From: Patescibacteria group bacterium
GTDB taxonomy: Bacteria; Patescibacteriota; JAHJAL01
Direction: 5' to 3'
Length of the DNA stretch: 64,000 bases
Assembly (NCBI GenBank): GCA_049322675.1
Contig: JBMORM010000009.1
Span: forward strand, 16,934-80,933
The first letter of the stretch is position 1, and every line of letters starts with the position of its first letter. This document shows positions 51,751 to 61,513 of the stretch, in pieces. The notes below the pieces were generated by a model, which saw only the letters and a program-made list of their open reading frames with translations, was not told where the DNA came from and searched no databases. The position numbers were made by a program, and so were the translations under genes.

Positions 51751-53004
51751 ATGAAGAATACACCGACAGAATCTTCATCCAATGAGAAAAAAGCAGGCAG
51801 ATTTCCAACTAAAATTTTGTCTCTGGCCAAAGACAAAGTAAAGGAGAATAAGTACGGAAAAGACAGTTATTTTCTTGTCGAGGGTAGTGACAAATTATAT
51901 TATTGCGACAAAGATGGTCAAGAATACGTTTTTTTGAATTCAAAAGATGATCTAATTACTATGGAAGAAGTAAAACTAAAGAATGAGAAAAAAAAATCTT
52001 ATCTTGATTATTTGGTTGACAGCGACATTGATTATTTAAGTTCGAATTCAAATCTTTGTATCAAAGATCTTGAGATAATTAATCAATCTCGAAATAGACT
52101 TTTTGCCTTGCAGAACTTTGGTTTTTTTCTTTTAAAAGAACAAGATACGGTTAAACTCTGTATAAAAACTAGTAACGATGGGAATTTTAATATTATTAAC
52201 TCTTCTTTTTCGCTTGAATGGAAGGATATAAAATCAGAAATAATTCCTCTCTCAGAAAACGAAGCAAAGGATTTCATCAATAAGAACAATGTTTTTTCCA
52301 AAAAAAATAAGGACCAGATTATTGTCATGCCAACCTCCAAATCCAAGACAGAAAAAGAGAGTGATTTAAAAAATATAGAAGAAAAAGTATTCTCAGATAA
52401 AAAAGAAACTAGAGACGAAAACCAGAGTCATGATGACAGTCTTGAAGAAAAAGATATTATTAATAATTTGCTTTATTGGCAAGATTCAAAGACGGTTAAA
52501 TTTCGTTACGCCGAAAATTGGTGCGGGATAAATGTATGGCGAGAGACAAATGATATATGGGGTATTGCCCGCAGAGTCCGAAATTTCTTCGCGGAAAAGA
52601 GAGGAAATTTTTTTGATAATGAACGATATAAATTGTTGTGGGAAAGTGATTATAGACATTTTGTCAATCAATATCGAAAAATGGCTTGGATAAAAAATGA
52701 TCTGGGAAAAATAATATCAGAAAATTGTTCATATATTTTTAACGATTCCAGATCCTGGATAGATCAATTACCCTCAGAAATACAGAAAAAAATGGTTGTT
52801 GATTATATTAATAAGGAAATAAAATCGGAGATTTCTTGCGATTGCGCGATTGATTTTTGGGGCAAAAAAGACAATATTGACACTTTGGTCAAAAACATAA
52901 ACATCAAAAATTCTGAAAACGAATCAGGAATCAACAATATTGATCAGTCTTTTTTTCAAAAAGCAAAAAACAGAATTGTTGGTTGGTTTAGCAAAAAAAA
53001 GTAA
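51751..53004 (+). CDS. Lys/Asp-rich soluble hypothetical protein
   Basis: ORF only, no TM. Confidence 0.45.
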   Translation: MKNTPTESSSNEKKAGRFPTKILSLAKDKVKENKYGKDSYFLVEGSDKLYYCDKDGQEYVFLNSKDDLITMEEVKLKNEKKKSYLDYLVDSDIDYLSSNSNLCIKDLEIINQSRNRLFALQNFGFFLLKEQDTVKLCIKTSNDGNFNIINSSFSLEWKDIKSEIIPLSENEAKDFINKNNVFSKKNKDQIIVMPTSKSKTEKESDLKNIEEKVFSDKKETRDENQSHDDSLEEKDIINNLLYWQDSKTVKFRYAENWCGINVWRETNDIWGIARRVRNFFAEKRGNFFDNERYKLLWESDYRHFVNQYRKMAWIKNDLGKIISENCSYIFNDSRSWIDQLPSEIQKKMVVDYINKEIKSEISCDCAIDFWGKKDNIDTLVKNINIKNSENESGINNIDQSFFQKAKNRIVGWFSKKK

Positions 53005-53057
53005 TTTTATTGCTCCCGTTGCTAAAGAGTGTTATTTTATTAATGTGAAAGAAAATT

Positions 53058-53131
53058 GGGCGATTAGCTCAGATGGTTAGAGCGCGTCACTGATAATGAC
53101 GAGGTCGGAGGTTCGATTCCCCCATCGCCCA
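53058..53131 (+). tRNA. tRNA-Ile (anticodon GAU), CCA not encoded
   Basis: Cloverleaf folded by hand; anticodon loop CTGATAA; one A-C mismatch in the T stem. Confidence 0.85.
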
Positions 53132-53135
53132 CTTT

Positions 53136-53162
53136 AAAAACAAGACAAATGTCTTGTTTTTT
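53136..53162. terminator. Bidirectional intrinsic terminator (aacaagac/gtcttgtt) between tRNA-Ile and the convergent 53167-54441 gene
   Basis: 8-bp stem, A5 upstream and T6 downstream. Confidence 0.55.
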
Positions 53163-53166
53163 GTAC

Positions 53167-54441
53167 TTAAATAGTAAATTTTGTTTCAGCAAAAAATTTG
53201 GTATGACTTTGACCAAAGTATCCATTTAATTCTGCTCGATATTGCCCTCGATCCAAAGAATATTTATATTGCCAGTTGGTTGTTATTTTTCTGGTGCTCC
53301 CAGGTAAAACGTTTTCAATATCGAGATCTATTTCAGCGATTATATTATTTTTTGCATCATAAACTGTGATGGCTCCAAATGGTTTAAAATGAACATTCCC
53401 AGTATTGGAAAATTCTAATATTAATTCAATGTTGTTAGTATTTTTATTTATAGAAGAATAAAATTTTTCCACTGATCCACTTTCGGAAAGTTCACTACCG
53501 TTGACTCTGAGTAATACCAATGATCCGATCCCACTTTGTACAGCTAATTTGTTTGGATCAGAATTTTGATCTGAATTTTTAGTCATAAAAGTTAATGCAG
53601 CATAACGTCCACCGGCCTTGGCGTCTGGGGGTATACTTAAGTGAAATTTTATTTCTTTTTGACTTGCTGGTTCTAATACTATTTGAGGTGGATCAAAACT
53701 AATCCAATCTTTCATGGCATAATCTGTGTTTTTGTCTGTCATTTCCGGAACTCCATCTGAGTTTCCTTCTTTAGGTAAAAAGTTTTGAATTGATATTTCC
53801 AGCAACATAGGTTTGCTGCTAGGATTCTTTATTGTTTCAACAATAGACAATTGTTCACCTGGATTTCCCGTCAGCTCGTCAAATAATACGGGGTTGATTT
53901 TTGGCGCTTGATTAGCATAATTGGTTGGTTCATCGATTGTTTCAATGTTATTTTCTGAGCTTGAAATACTATCCCCTTCTATCCCTCGGTCAATTGTTTC
54001 AGGTTTAAGAAGTAAATATTTTATTTTTAATATATATCCTTGGCTTTCCTTTTTAGTACTATAAACAACGCCACATCTTTCAGTGTCTTGGTTAATTTTG
54101 CCACATTCTTCTGGAAGTGATGGTTCTTTATCTATTACTTTTCTATTTCCGCTCCAAAGATATTCTATGTGATTGTCAGGCGGGTAAAAACCATTGATTG
54201 TGTAATATGCTTCCAGAGCTATAGTTATTTGTTCAGTTGTTGCTTTTATTTCATGATCTTTAGCTTTGGTTTGTACTTGGGAGATATCGCTTTGTATTTT
54301 TTTACTATCCAAAGTGGGAGAAATTTTTATTAAAACAAAAATAATAATTCCTCCAATTGTCAGCAAGGACAACATTATGGCGATGATCAGAAAGTAAATA
54401 ATTTTATTTTCTGATTTGTTTTGAAAAAAATTCGTTTCCAT
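53167..54441 (-). CDS. Secreted or membrane-anchored hypothetical protein with Ig-like beta-rich regions
   Basis: N-terminal TM IIYFLIIAIMLSLLTIGGIIIFVLI. Confidence 0.5.
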   Translation of the reverse strand: METNFFQNKSENKIIYFLIIAIMLSLLTIGGIIIFVLIKISPTLDSKKIQSDISQVQTKAKDHEIKATTEQITIALEAYYTINGFYPPDNHIEYLWSGNRKVIDKEPSLPEECGKINQDTERCGVVYSTKKESQGYILKIKYLLLKPETIDRGIEGDSISSSENNIETIDEPTNYANQAPKINPVLFDELTGNPGEQLSIVETIKNPSSKPMLLEISIQNFLPKEGNSDGVPEMTDKNTDYAMKDWISFDPPQIVLEPASQKEIKFHLSIPPDAKAGGRYAALTFMTKNSDQNSDPNKLAVQSGIGSLVLLRVNGSELSESGSVEKFYSSINKNTNNIELILEFSNTGNVHFKPFGAITVYDAKNNIIAEIDLDIENVLPGSTRKITTNWQYKYSLDRGQYRAELNGYFGQSHTKFFAETKFTI

Positions 54442-54450
54442 TTTTGCATA

Positions 54451-54483
54451 AAAAAATAATCCACTTTGATTGTGGATTTTTTA
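54451..54483. terminator. Hairpin (aatccac/gtggatt) flanked by A6 and T6 runs, between the 16S 3' flank and the next gene
   Basis: Read directly. Confidence 0.35.
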
Positions 54484-54700
54484 TTATACTTTTGCAAGAG
54501 TTAACCACATTTTAATGACAAGAAGATTAGACCTGACAAGTGAATCACAAAATGTAAACATTTTGCATCGACCTCTAAGGTAGTTATCACTTTTTGGAGA
54601 TCATATCGTTAAAGGCTAGAAACCAGAAAACGAAAAGGTAAACCAGTTACTAGTCCTTAACAAAATGATCTCCAAACAAGGAAACTAAATAATCCCTAGA

Positions 54701-56190
<1,490 letters not shown>

Positions 56191-56314
56191 TAATAAAAAG
56201 AAAAAAAATGCGAAATGAATTGAAATTGAACAAGGTCTTTATCTTCTTGCCAATAAAATGTTGTTAAAGTTACAAAATAAATACATGATTCACATGTATT
56301 ATCTTACATGTAAT

Positions 56315-56343
56315 AACTTATCATAGTCATTTTTTAATGTCAA
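56315..56343 (-). promoter_or_regulatory. Candidate 16S promoter TTGACA-N17-TAAGTT (minus strand), ~115 nt upstream of the mature 5' end
   Basis: Plus strand tgtcaa at 56338-56343 and aactta at 56315-56320. Confidence 0.35.
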
Positions 56344-56362
56344 AGAGTTTTTTAAATTATTA

Positions 56363-56390
56363 TCAAAAAGAAGCAAAATGTTTGCTTCTT
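56363..56390 (-). terminator. Intrinsic terminator (perfect 10-bp stem aagaagcaaa/tttgcttctt, 3-nt loop, T-run) ending the upstream 180-aa gene
   Basis: Read directly. Confidence 0.5.
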
Positions 56391-56422
56391 TTAATACAAA
56401 AATAATGAAAAAATATCTTAAT

Positions 56423-56965
56423 TTAGTTGAGGACATTTTCGATACACGCCCAATCACTATCTTCGTTGGCAGGAATGATGATAGTGACTTCATTGCCCGG
56501 GTTCGCTTTAAAATATGTTACAGATGCCAATAAAACATTATATTTTTTTCCATTTGCCATGACAAAGAAATGAATTCCATCTTGCTGGAGCATTCCAATG
56601 ACTGATTTTCTATCAACCGGCCCGATTTGTTTGTAAATAAACTTTCCATCCGGCATAATGGTTAGTTTTAAAATATCTCCTGCAACTAACTTTGATTTAC
56701 TGGCATAGTTTGCCGGAACAGGATATTTTTTTCCCTCGGCGTCTATCATAGTTTGACCGTCAAAAACACCTTCGATTATTTTAGCTAGCGATTGATCTGA
56801 AATTGGAATGTTATTTTCTAATGGTTCAATATTTGCTTTCGCTTCTCTAATGGATTGTATTTCTCCTCCTTCTAATTCGGAGAGAATTGACTGTGCATTT
56901 TTTAGATTAGCAGATGCGATTTCTAATAATTTCTTTACAGATTCGATTTGAACATTGGTACTCAT
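56423..56965 (-). CDS. Hypothetical protein with an N-terminal coiled coil and a C-terminal beta-rich domain; strong SD AAGGAG
   Basis: ORF plus canonical SD 7 nt upstream. Confidence 0.5.
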   Translation of the reverse strand: MSTNVQIESVKKLLEIASANLKNAQSILSELEGGEIQSIREAKANIEPLENNIPISDQSLAKIIEGVFDGQTMIDAEGKKYPVPANYASKSKLVAGDILKLTIMPDGKFIYKQIGPVDRKSVIGMLQQDGIHFFVMANGKKYNVLLASVTYFKANPGNEVTIIIPANEDSDWACIENVLN

Positions 56966-57132
56966 TTGTTTCTCCTTAGGTTTGTTTTTTATTATATTTT
57001 ATATTCTCAATATTAAGTAAATTATATATCAAGATTTTATATATGGAAAATGTACTTTTTTTACTTTAATATGACTTTAACATATATGCCATACTGTGTC
57101 AAGATTTATTATGTTTTTTTTGATTATGGGTA

Positions 57133-57161
57133 TTGACTATATTCATTTTTTTATTTATAAT
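57133..57161 (+). promoter_or_regulatory. Near-consensus sigma70 promoter TTGACT-N17-TATAAT, ~60 nt upstream of the 57220 ATG
   Basis: Hexamers and spacer counted directly. Confidence 0.45.
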
Positions 57162-57219
57162 AGTTGGAGTGAGATAGTATTTGTGTATTATATAGTGATA
57201 GTAATATTTAAATAAAAAT

Positions 57220-57579
57220 ATGGTTGTTCTTTCGGGGTCTGATCAGATAGAAAATAATGACTTTAATCGTCAAGTTCCTACATTGGAGGGGCAGGATTTT
57301 TTGAGTCTAAATGAAAGCAAGCAACAATCCAAACCTGCTGATTTAAAGCCAAGATTTGGAGAAGGGTTAAAAGTTAATCAAAAAAAATCAGAATTGCCCG
57401 AGCGAACTATTGAAGGGTCACAAACAACTGAAAAGTCACAAACAACTCAACAGAAGAATAGTTTAACTCTAGGAAATAAGCCAATTGTTATGTTAGAGAA
57501 ACTTTACAATGATACAGCTTTTGATCCCTGCAAAGAAACTACAGAGTTAATTGAAATATTAAGAAGTTTAGATAAATAA
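57220..57579 (+). CDS. Small hydrophilic hypothetical protein (119 aa), first gene of the ATPase operon
   Basis: ORF only. Confidence 0.4.
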   Translation: MVVLSGSDQIENNDFNRQVPTLEGQDFLSLNESKQQSKPADLKPRFGEGLKVNQKKSELPERTIEGSQTTEKSQTTQQKNSLTLGNKPIVMLEKLYNDTAFDPCKETTELIEILRSLDK

Positions 57580-57606
57580 AAACAAAAGATAGATAATTTT
57601 CGTTTA

Positions 57607-60066
57607 ATGGATTTTTTCTATTATATTGGCTTTGCTTTACTAGGCTCAGTTTTTTTATTTTTGATACTGTGGCTTGTTTTTTTGTATGTAAAAAAACACT
57701 TACGCAACCAGGAGAGTTTCAAAAAGACTCTCAATATGACTTTTTTACAGGTTAGGGTTCAAAAAGAAGCTCCTGAAGATGAAAGAAATTTAAAGCCAAA
57801 GGAAGTGATTGCCGTGGCCGAACACTTATACAATAGTTTTTATAGTATATATGCAGGTGGATGGAAAAATAAAATATTAGGAGAGCAGCATATAAGTATC
57901 GAAATTGCCACCAAAAAGGGCATGACGGATTTTTACGTTGTTATTCCCAGAAATTTGGTTGAGTTGGTGCGTAAACAAATGAATGCACAATTGCCAGATG
58001 CCATAATTGATGAAGTAGAAGGATATAATATATTCAATCCAGACTCAAAGTATGATGCTACTAGTTTGACTTTTAATAAAAATTTTATGTATCCGATTAA
58101 AACATATGATCAGATGGAATCGGATCCATTGAACAACATTACAAATGCTTTAAGCAAATTAGCAGAAGATGAAGGTGCAGCAATACAGTTTTTGATAAGA
58201 CCAATAGACAACAAGTGGCACAGGAGAGGGAAATATGCTGCTCATAATATGCAGCAAGGTAAACCAATTTTTGAGCAGAGTTGGCCGCTTAAGGTTTTAA
58301 ATTTTATTGGTCAAGCAATTACTTTTTTAATTAGTAATATTGCTAATCAGGCTACGGGTAACGAAAAGAATGTCAAAGCTGAAGATAAACCAATACAATT
58401 GACGCAGGTTCAAACAGAATTAATCAAGGCTTTGGAAGAAAAATCATCAAAAGTTGGCTTTGAAACAATGATTAGAATTATTTCTTCCTCAAGCAATGAA
58501 TTGTCTGCGAAAAGCAATATGGATAATATTTTCAGTGCCTTCAGCCAATTTTTGTCGCCTGACATGAACGGTTTTAAAAAGATTAATGACAAAAAAGAAA
58601 AAATTGTTAAGGACTATATTTTTCGAAGATTTGTCGATGATAGTAAAATGATTTTGAATACAAAGGAGTTGGCAACTGTTATTCATTTTCCTAATCAACA
58701 CGTTGATACACCAAACCTAAACTGGCTTTTGGCTAAAAGAGCACCAATGCCTCCTGACGCTCCCACACAGGGTTTGCAGCTTGGAGTAAATGTGTATCGC
58801 GGAGTGAGAAAAAATGTTTACATTGAAGATGGCGACGAAGGACGCGGAAGACATATATATAGTTTGGGCCGTACCGGTAGTGGTAAAACTCAATTTCTTT
58901 TCAGTATGATGAAGCAAGACATGGACAGTGGAAAAGGTTTTTGCGTTTTGGACCCGCATGGTGATTTGGCTGAAAAGGTTTTATATCATGTTCCAAGGGA
59001 GAGAGCGGATGACGTAATATATTTTGATCCTGGTGGCGACTTGGAGATGCCTATGGGTCTAAATCTATTTGAAGCTAGAAGTGACGAAGAAAAGGAATTG
59101 AGAGCAATGTCTGCTTTGAATATAATGATAAAAATGTTTGGCGAAGAAATATTTAGTCCGCGTTTGCAGGACTATTTTCGCAATGGTTGTCTTACATTGA
59201 TGGCCGATGATGAAAATCCAGGGACAATTGTCGATATAGTAAACCTGTTTACGGATGAAGAATATCAACTGGAAAAGGTGGCTAAAGTAAAAAATCCGAC
59301 GGTAAAATCTTGGTGGATAAAAGTATTTGGTTCTATGGGCTCAAGAGAGAAAGAAGAAATGATCCCTTATTTTGCGGCAAAGTTCGGTCAGTTTATAACT
59401 AACGTTACTGTTCGAAACACTTTGGGGCAATCGAGATCATCTTTTAATATTCGACAAGTTATGGATGAAGGAAAAATATTGATTGCAAATCTATCAAAGG
59501 GAAAATTGGGAGAGATAAATTCAAACTTGATTGGTATGATCTTGGCTGAAGAAATCACCATGGCTGCGTTGGCTAGAACTGATCAACCAGAAGAAAACCG
59601 TCGGCCGTTTTATTTATATGTTGATGAGTTTCAAAATTTTGCGACAAAAACTTTTGCGACGATATTGTCGGAAGCCAGGAAATACAAACTAAATTTAATT
59701 ATTGCTCACCAATTTATAGACCAACTCAGTGTTAACGGCAAAGAAGAAATAAGGGATGCAGTATTTGGTAACTGCGGAACGTATATAATATTCAGAACTT
59801 CAGCTAAAGATGCGGAATTTTTAGAAAAAGAATTTATGCCGGTTTTCAATAAATCAGATATATCTAATATCGACCAGTATGTGGCATATGTAAAATTGAT
59901 GGTAAAAGGTACTGTTAGTAAGGGATTTTCTATGTCAACCGTCTATTTAAATAACCCTCATAAAGAACTTGGAGAGGCAATCAGACAATTGTCTCGTTTA
60001 AAATTTGGCAGAGAGAGAGCAGAGGTAGACGAGGATATTAGAAGGAGATTAAAATTATTAGGTTAA
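57607..60066 (+). CDS. N-terminally membrane-anchored FtsK/HerA-superfamily ATPase with type IV coupling protein (VirD4/TraG/TraD)-like motifs and an unusual ~390-aa pre-ATPase domain
   Basis: TM helix at residues 6-28; Walker A LGRTGSGKT; T4CP-like VLDPHGDL after the P-loop; ~230-aa insert; Walker B LYVDEFQNF; LIIAHQFIDQL and GNCGTYIIFR C-terminal motifs. Confidence 0.65.
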   Translation: MDFFYYIGFALLGSVFLFLILWLVFLYVKKHLRNQESFKKTLNMTFLQVRVQKEAPEDERNLKPKEVIAVAEHLYNSFYSIYAGGWKNKILGEQHISIEIATKKGMTDFYVVIPRNLVELVRKQMNAQLPDAIIDEVEGYNIFNPDSKYDATSLTFNKNFMYPIKTYDQMESDPLNNITNALSKLAEDEGAAIQFLIRPIDNKWHRRGKYAAHNMQQGKPIFEQSWPLKVLNFIGQAITFLISNIANQATGNEKNVKAEDKPIQLTQVQTELIKALEEKSSKVGFETMIRIISSSSNELSAKSNMDNIFSAFSQFLSPDMNGFKKINDKKEKIVKDYIFRRFVDDSKMILNTKELATVIHFPNQHVDTPNLNWLLAKRAPMPPDAPTQGLQLGVNVYRGVRKNVYIEDGDEGRGRHIYSLGRTGSGKTQFLFSMMKQDMDSGKGFCVLDPHGDLAEKVLYHVPRERADDVIYFDPGGDLEMPMGLNLFEARSDEEKELRAMSALNIMIKMFGEEIFSPRLQDYFRNGCLTLMADDENPGTIVDIVNLFTDEEYQLEKVAKVKNPTVKSWWIKVFGSMGSREKEEMIPYFAAKFGQFITNVTVRNTLGQSRSSFNIRQVMDEGKILIANLSKGKLGEINSNLIGMILAEEITMAALARTDQPEENRRPFYLYVDEFQNFATKTFATILSEARKYKLNLIIAHQFIDQLSVNGKEEIRDAVFGNCGTYIIFRTSAKDAEFLEKEFMPVFNKSDISNIDQYVAYVKLMVKGTVSKGFSMSTVYLNNPHKELGEAIRQLSRLKFGRERAEVDEDIRRRLKLLG

Positions 60067-60099
60067 TATTTTGATTTAAAAAAATAAAAATAAAAAAAA

Positions 60100-60330
60100 A
60101 TGAAGTCAATAAACGAAAGAAATGTAGACTCTTCTCTTTCGACACTTGAAGTATTAAAAAAACAATTTTCGGAAATGATGGGAACAATTGGAAAATTACG
60201 TGAAGAAAATATGGGTCTTAAATCTATGGTTGAAGAGTTGAAGAAGAGAAATTCTATGTTAGAAAAAAATATCGAAGAAATAAGTTTGATTGCCAATTTA
60301 AGAGTTAGTAAAAATAAAAATGAAAAATAG
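60100..60330 (+). CDS. Small coiled-coil protein (76 aa)
   Basis: Heptad-like KLREENMGLKSMVEELKKRNSMLEKNIEE. Confidence 0.4.
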   Translation: MKSINERNVDSSLSTLEVLKKQFSEMMGTIGKLREENMGLKSMVEELKKRNSMLEKNIEEISLIANLRVSKNKNEK

Positions 60331-61261
60331 CAATCTTGGTTCTTTAGAGAATAATAAACATCAATTTGCTTCGGAAGCAATAAGATATGATTTTTTAAAA
60401 AAGATTTTTTTAAAACAGGCAGATTTAACTTTGGAAAAAATCGATTTTAATAAGATTAAAGAAACTTATTCTGAATATTTAATAAAGAATAATTTAGATT
60501 TAAGGTTACTTAACAAGCTAATTCCAAAAGAATTAATTGGCTTTTCTAACGTAAATAGATCAGTGGCTGAATATTCTCCATTAACCAAAGAGATAAATTA
60601 TAATCTCTCATATCCTTTGATGGATTGGTTAGTAACAAATATTCATTGCAGTCATCTTGATAGAATTTTAAAACAGGATTTAATATCTTATACTTTTCAT
60701 GAGCAATCCCATGCACTTTCCGATAACGATGGTAAAATTGGATTTGAAAAAAGAATTGATGATAGTGGAGGTTTTAGAACATACAAAAAGAATTTTGAAT
60801 TGCTAAATGAAGGTATAACAAAAAAAGTAGAAAAAGAATTACTGGATTTATACAATAAAAAAAATCAGCTGGAGGTCAATAATAAGTCTAGTCTTTTTAG
60901 AAAAATTTATAATCTAATTCTTGATGGTTATTCAACATCAAGTTTTTTAACTGATACAATTATTTCTCGAATAAGCAAACAATGCGATCTCGATCAAGAA
61001 ATAGTATGGAGAGTGATTCTAAAGGGATATTTTAACAGTATTGATTTGACTAAAAATAAATATCAAAAAGTATTTACTAATCTCTTACCGGAAAATTTTT
61101 TCCATGAATTTAAAGAAATGCAACCTTGGCCTTCGATACACCAAAAAGCCCAATTATTTGTCATGATGGGAAAAATCGCTACAAGAGCGTTGCCTTTAAG
61201 AGATAAAAAACTAATTCGAAGATGGTTTAAAATGGTGGACAATTTTGAGGAAAAAAATTGA
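60320..61261 (+). CDS. Putative gluzincin-like metallopeptidase, paralog 1 (HEQSH ... NEGITK)
   Basis: HExxH followed ~40 aa later by the NEGIT motif; a shared C-terminal block with paralog 2. Confidence 0.5.
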   Translation: MKNSNLGSLENNKHQFASEAIRYDFLKKIFLKQADLTLEKIDFNKIKETYSEYLIKNNLDLRLLNKLIPKELIGFSNVNRSVAEYSPLTKEINYNLSYPLMDWLVTNIHCSHLDRILKQDLISYTFHEQSHALSDNDGKIGFEKRIDDSGGFRTYKKNFELLNEGITKKVEKELLDLYNKKNQLEVNNKSSLFRKIYNLILDGYSTSSFLTDTIISRISKQCDLDQEIVWRVILKGYFNSIDLTKNKYQKVFTNLLPENFFHEFKEMQPWPSIHQKAQLFVMMGKIATRALPLRDKKLIRRWFKMVDNFEEKN

Positions 61262-61341
61262 AATTAAAAAATAATCGGATCTAATTACAAAATTAATAAA
61301 AGCAATGTTAATAAGATTGGAAAAAATATAAAAACAAAAAA

Positions 61342-61497
61342 ATGAAAGAGAAAATAGGAGAAAATATTGGGGCTAGCCTTGATGAAATCTCTGATTTCCC
61401 TATCCCAAAAACAGCAAAGGATTTTTTTCAATTTGAATACTATCAAAAACTACTCAATCATGATTTGAAACAAATTCTGGATAGTAGTTTTTTCTAA
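61342..61497 (+). CDS. 51-aa ORF (MKEKIGENIGASLDEISDFPIPKTAKDFFQFEYYQKLLNHDLKQILDSSFF), possibly a detached N-terminal fragment of paralog 2
   Basis: Weak similarity to the paralog 1 N-terminal region (DFLKKIFLKQ); different frame from 61514. Confidence 0.2.
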   Translation: MKEKIGENIGASLDEISDFPIPKTAKDFFQFEYYQKLLNHDLKQILDSSFF

Positions 61498-61513
61498 GAT
61501 TAAATTTGATCAG

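Noticed and set aside
54484-54700. 23S rRNA or spacer tRNAs downstream of 16S
   Set aside because: The 217-nt flank holds a hairpin and a protein gene start, with no rRNA or tRNA-like sequence. The 16S is unlinked.
56299-56493. 64-aa ORF on the minus strand
   Set aside because: It overlaps the 3' end of the 180-aa gene, its terminator and the putative 16S promoter. It is low-complexity and spurious.
61508-61510. Possibility that TGA is a sense codon (code 25), which would fuse ORFs
   Set aside because: Every long conserved gene checked closes at TAA or TAG. The large ORFs (905, 842 and 819 aa) are intact under the standard code, so TGA is not a sense codon here. Standard stop usage applies.
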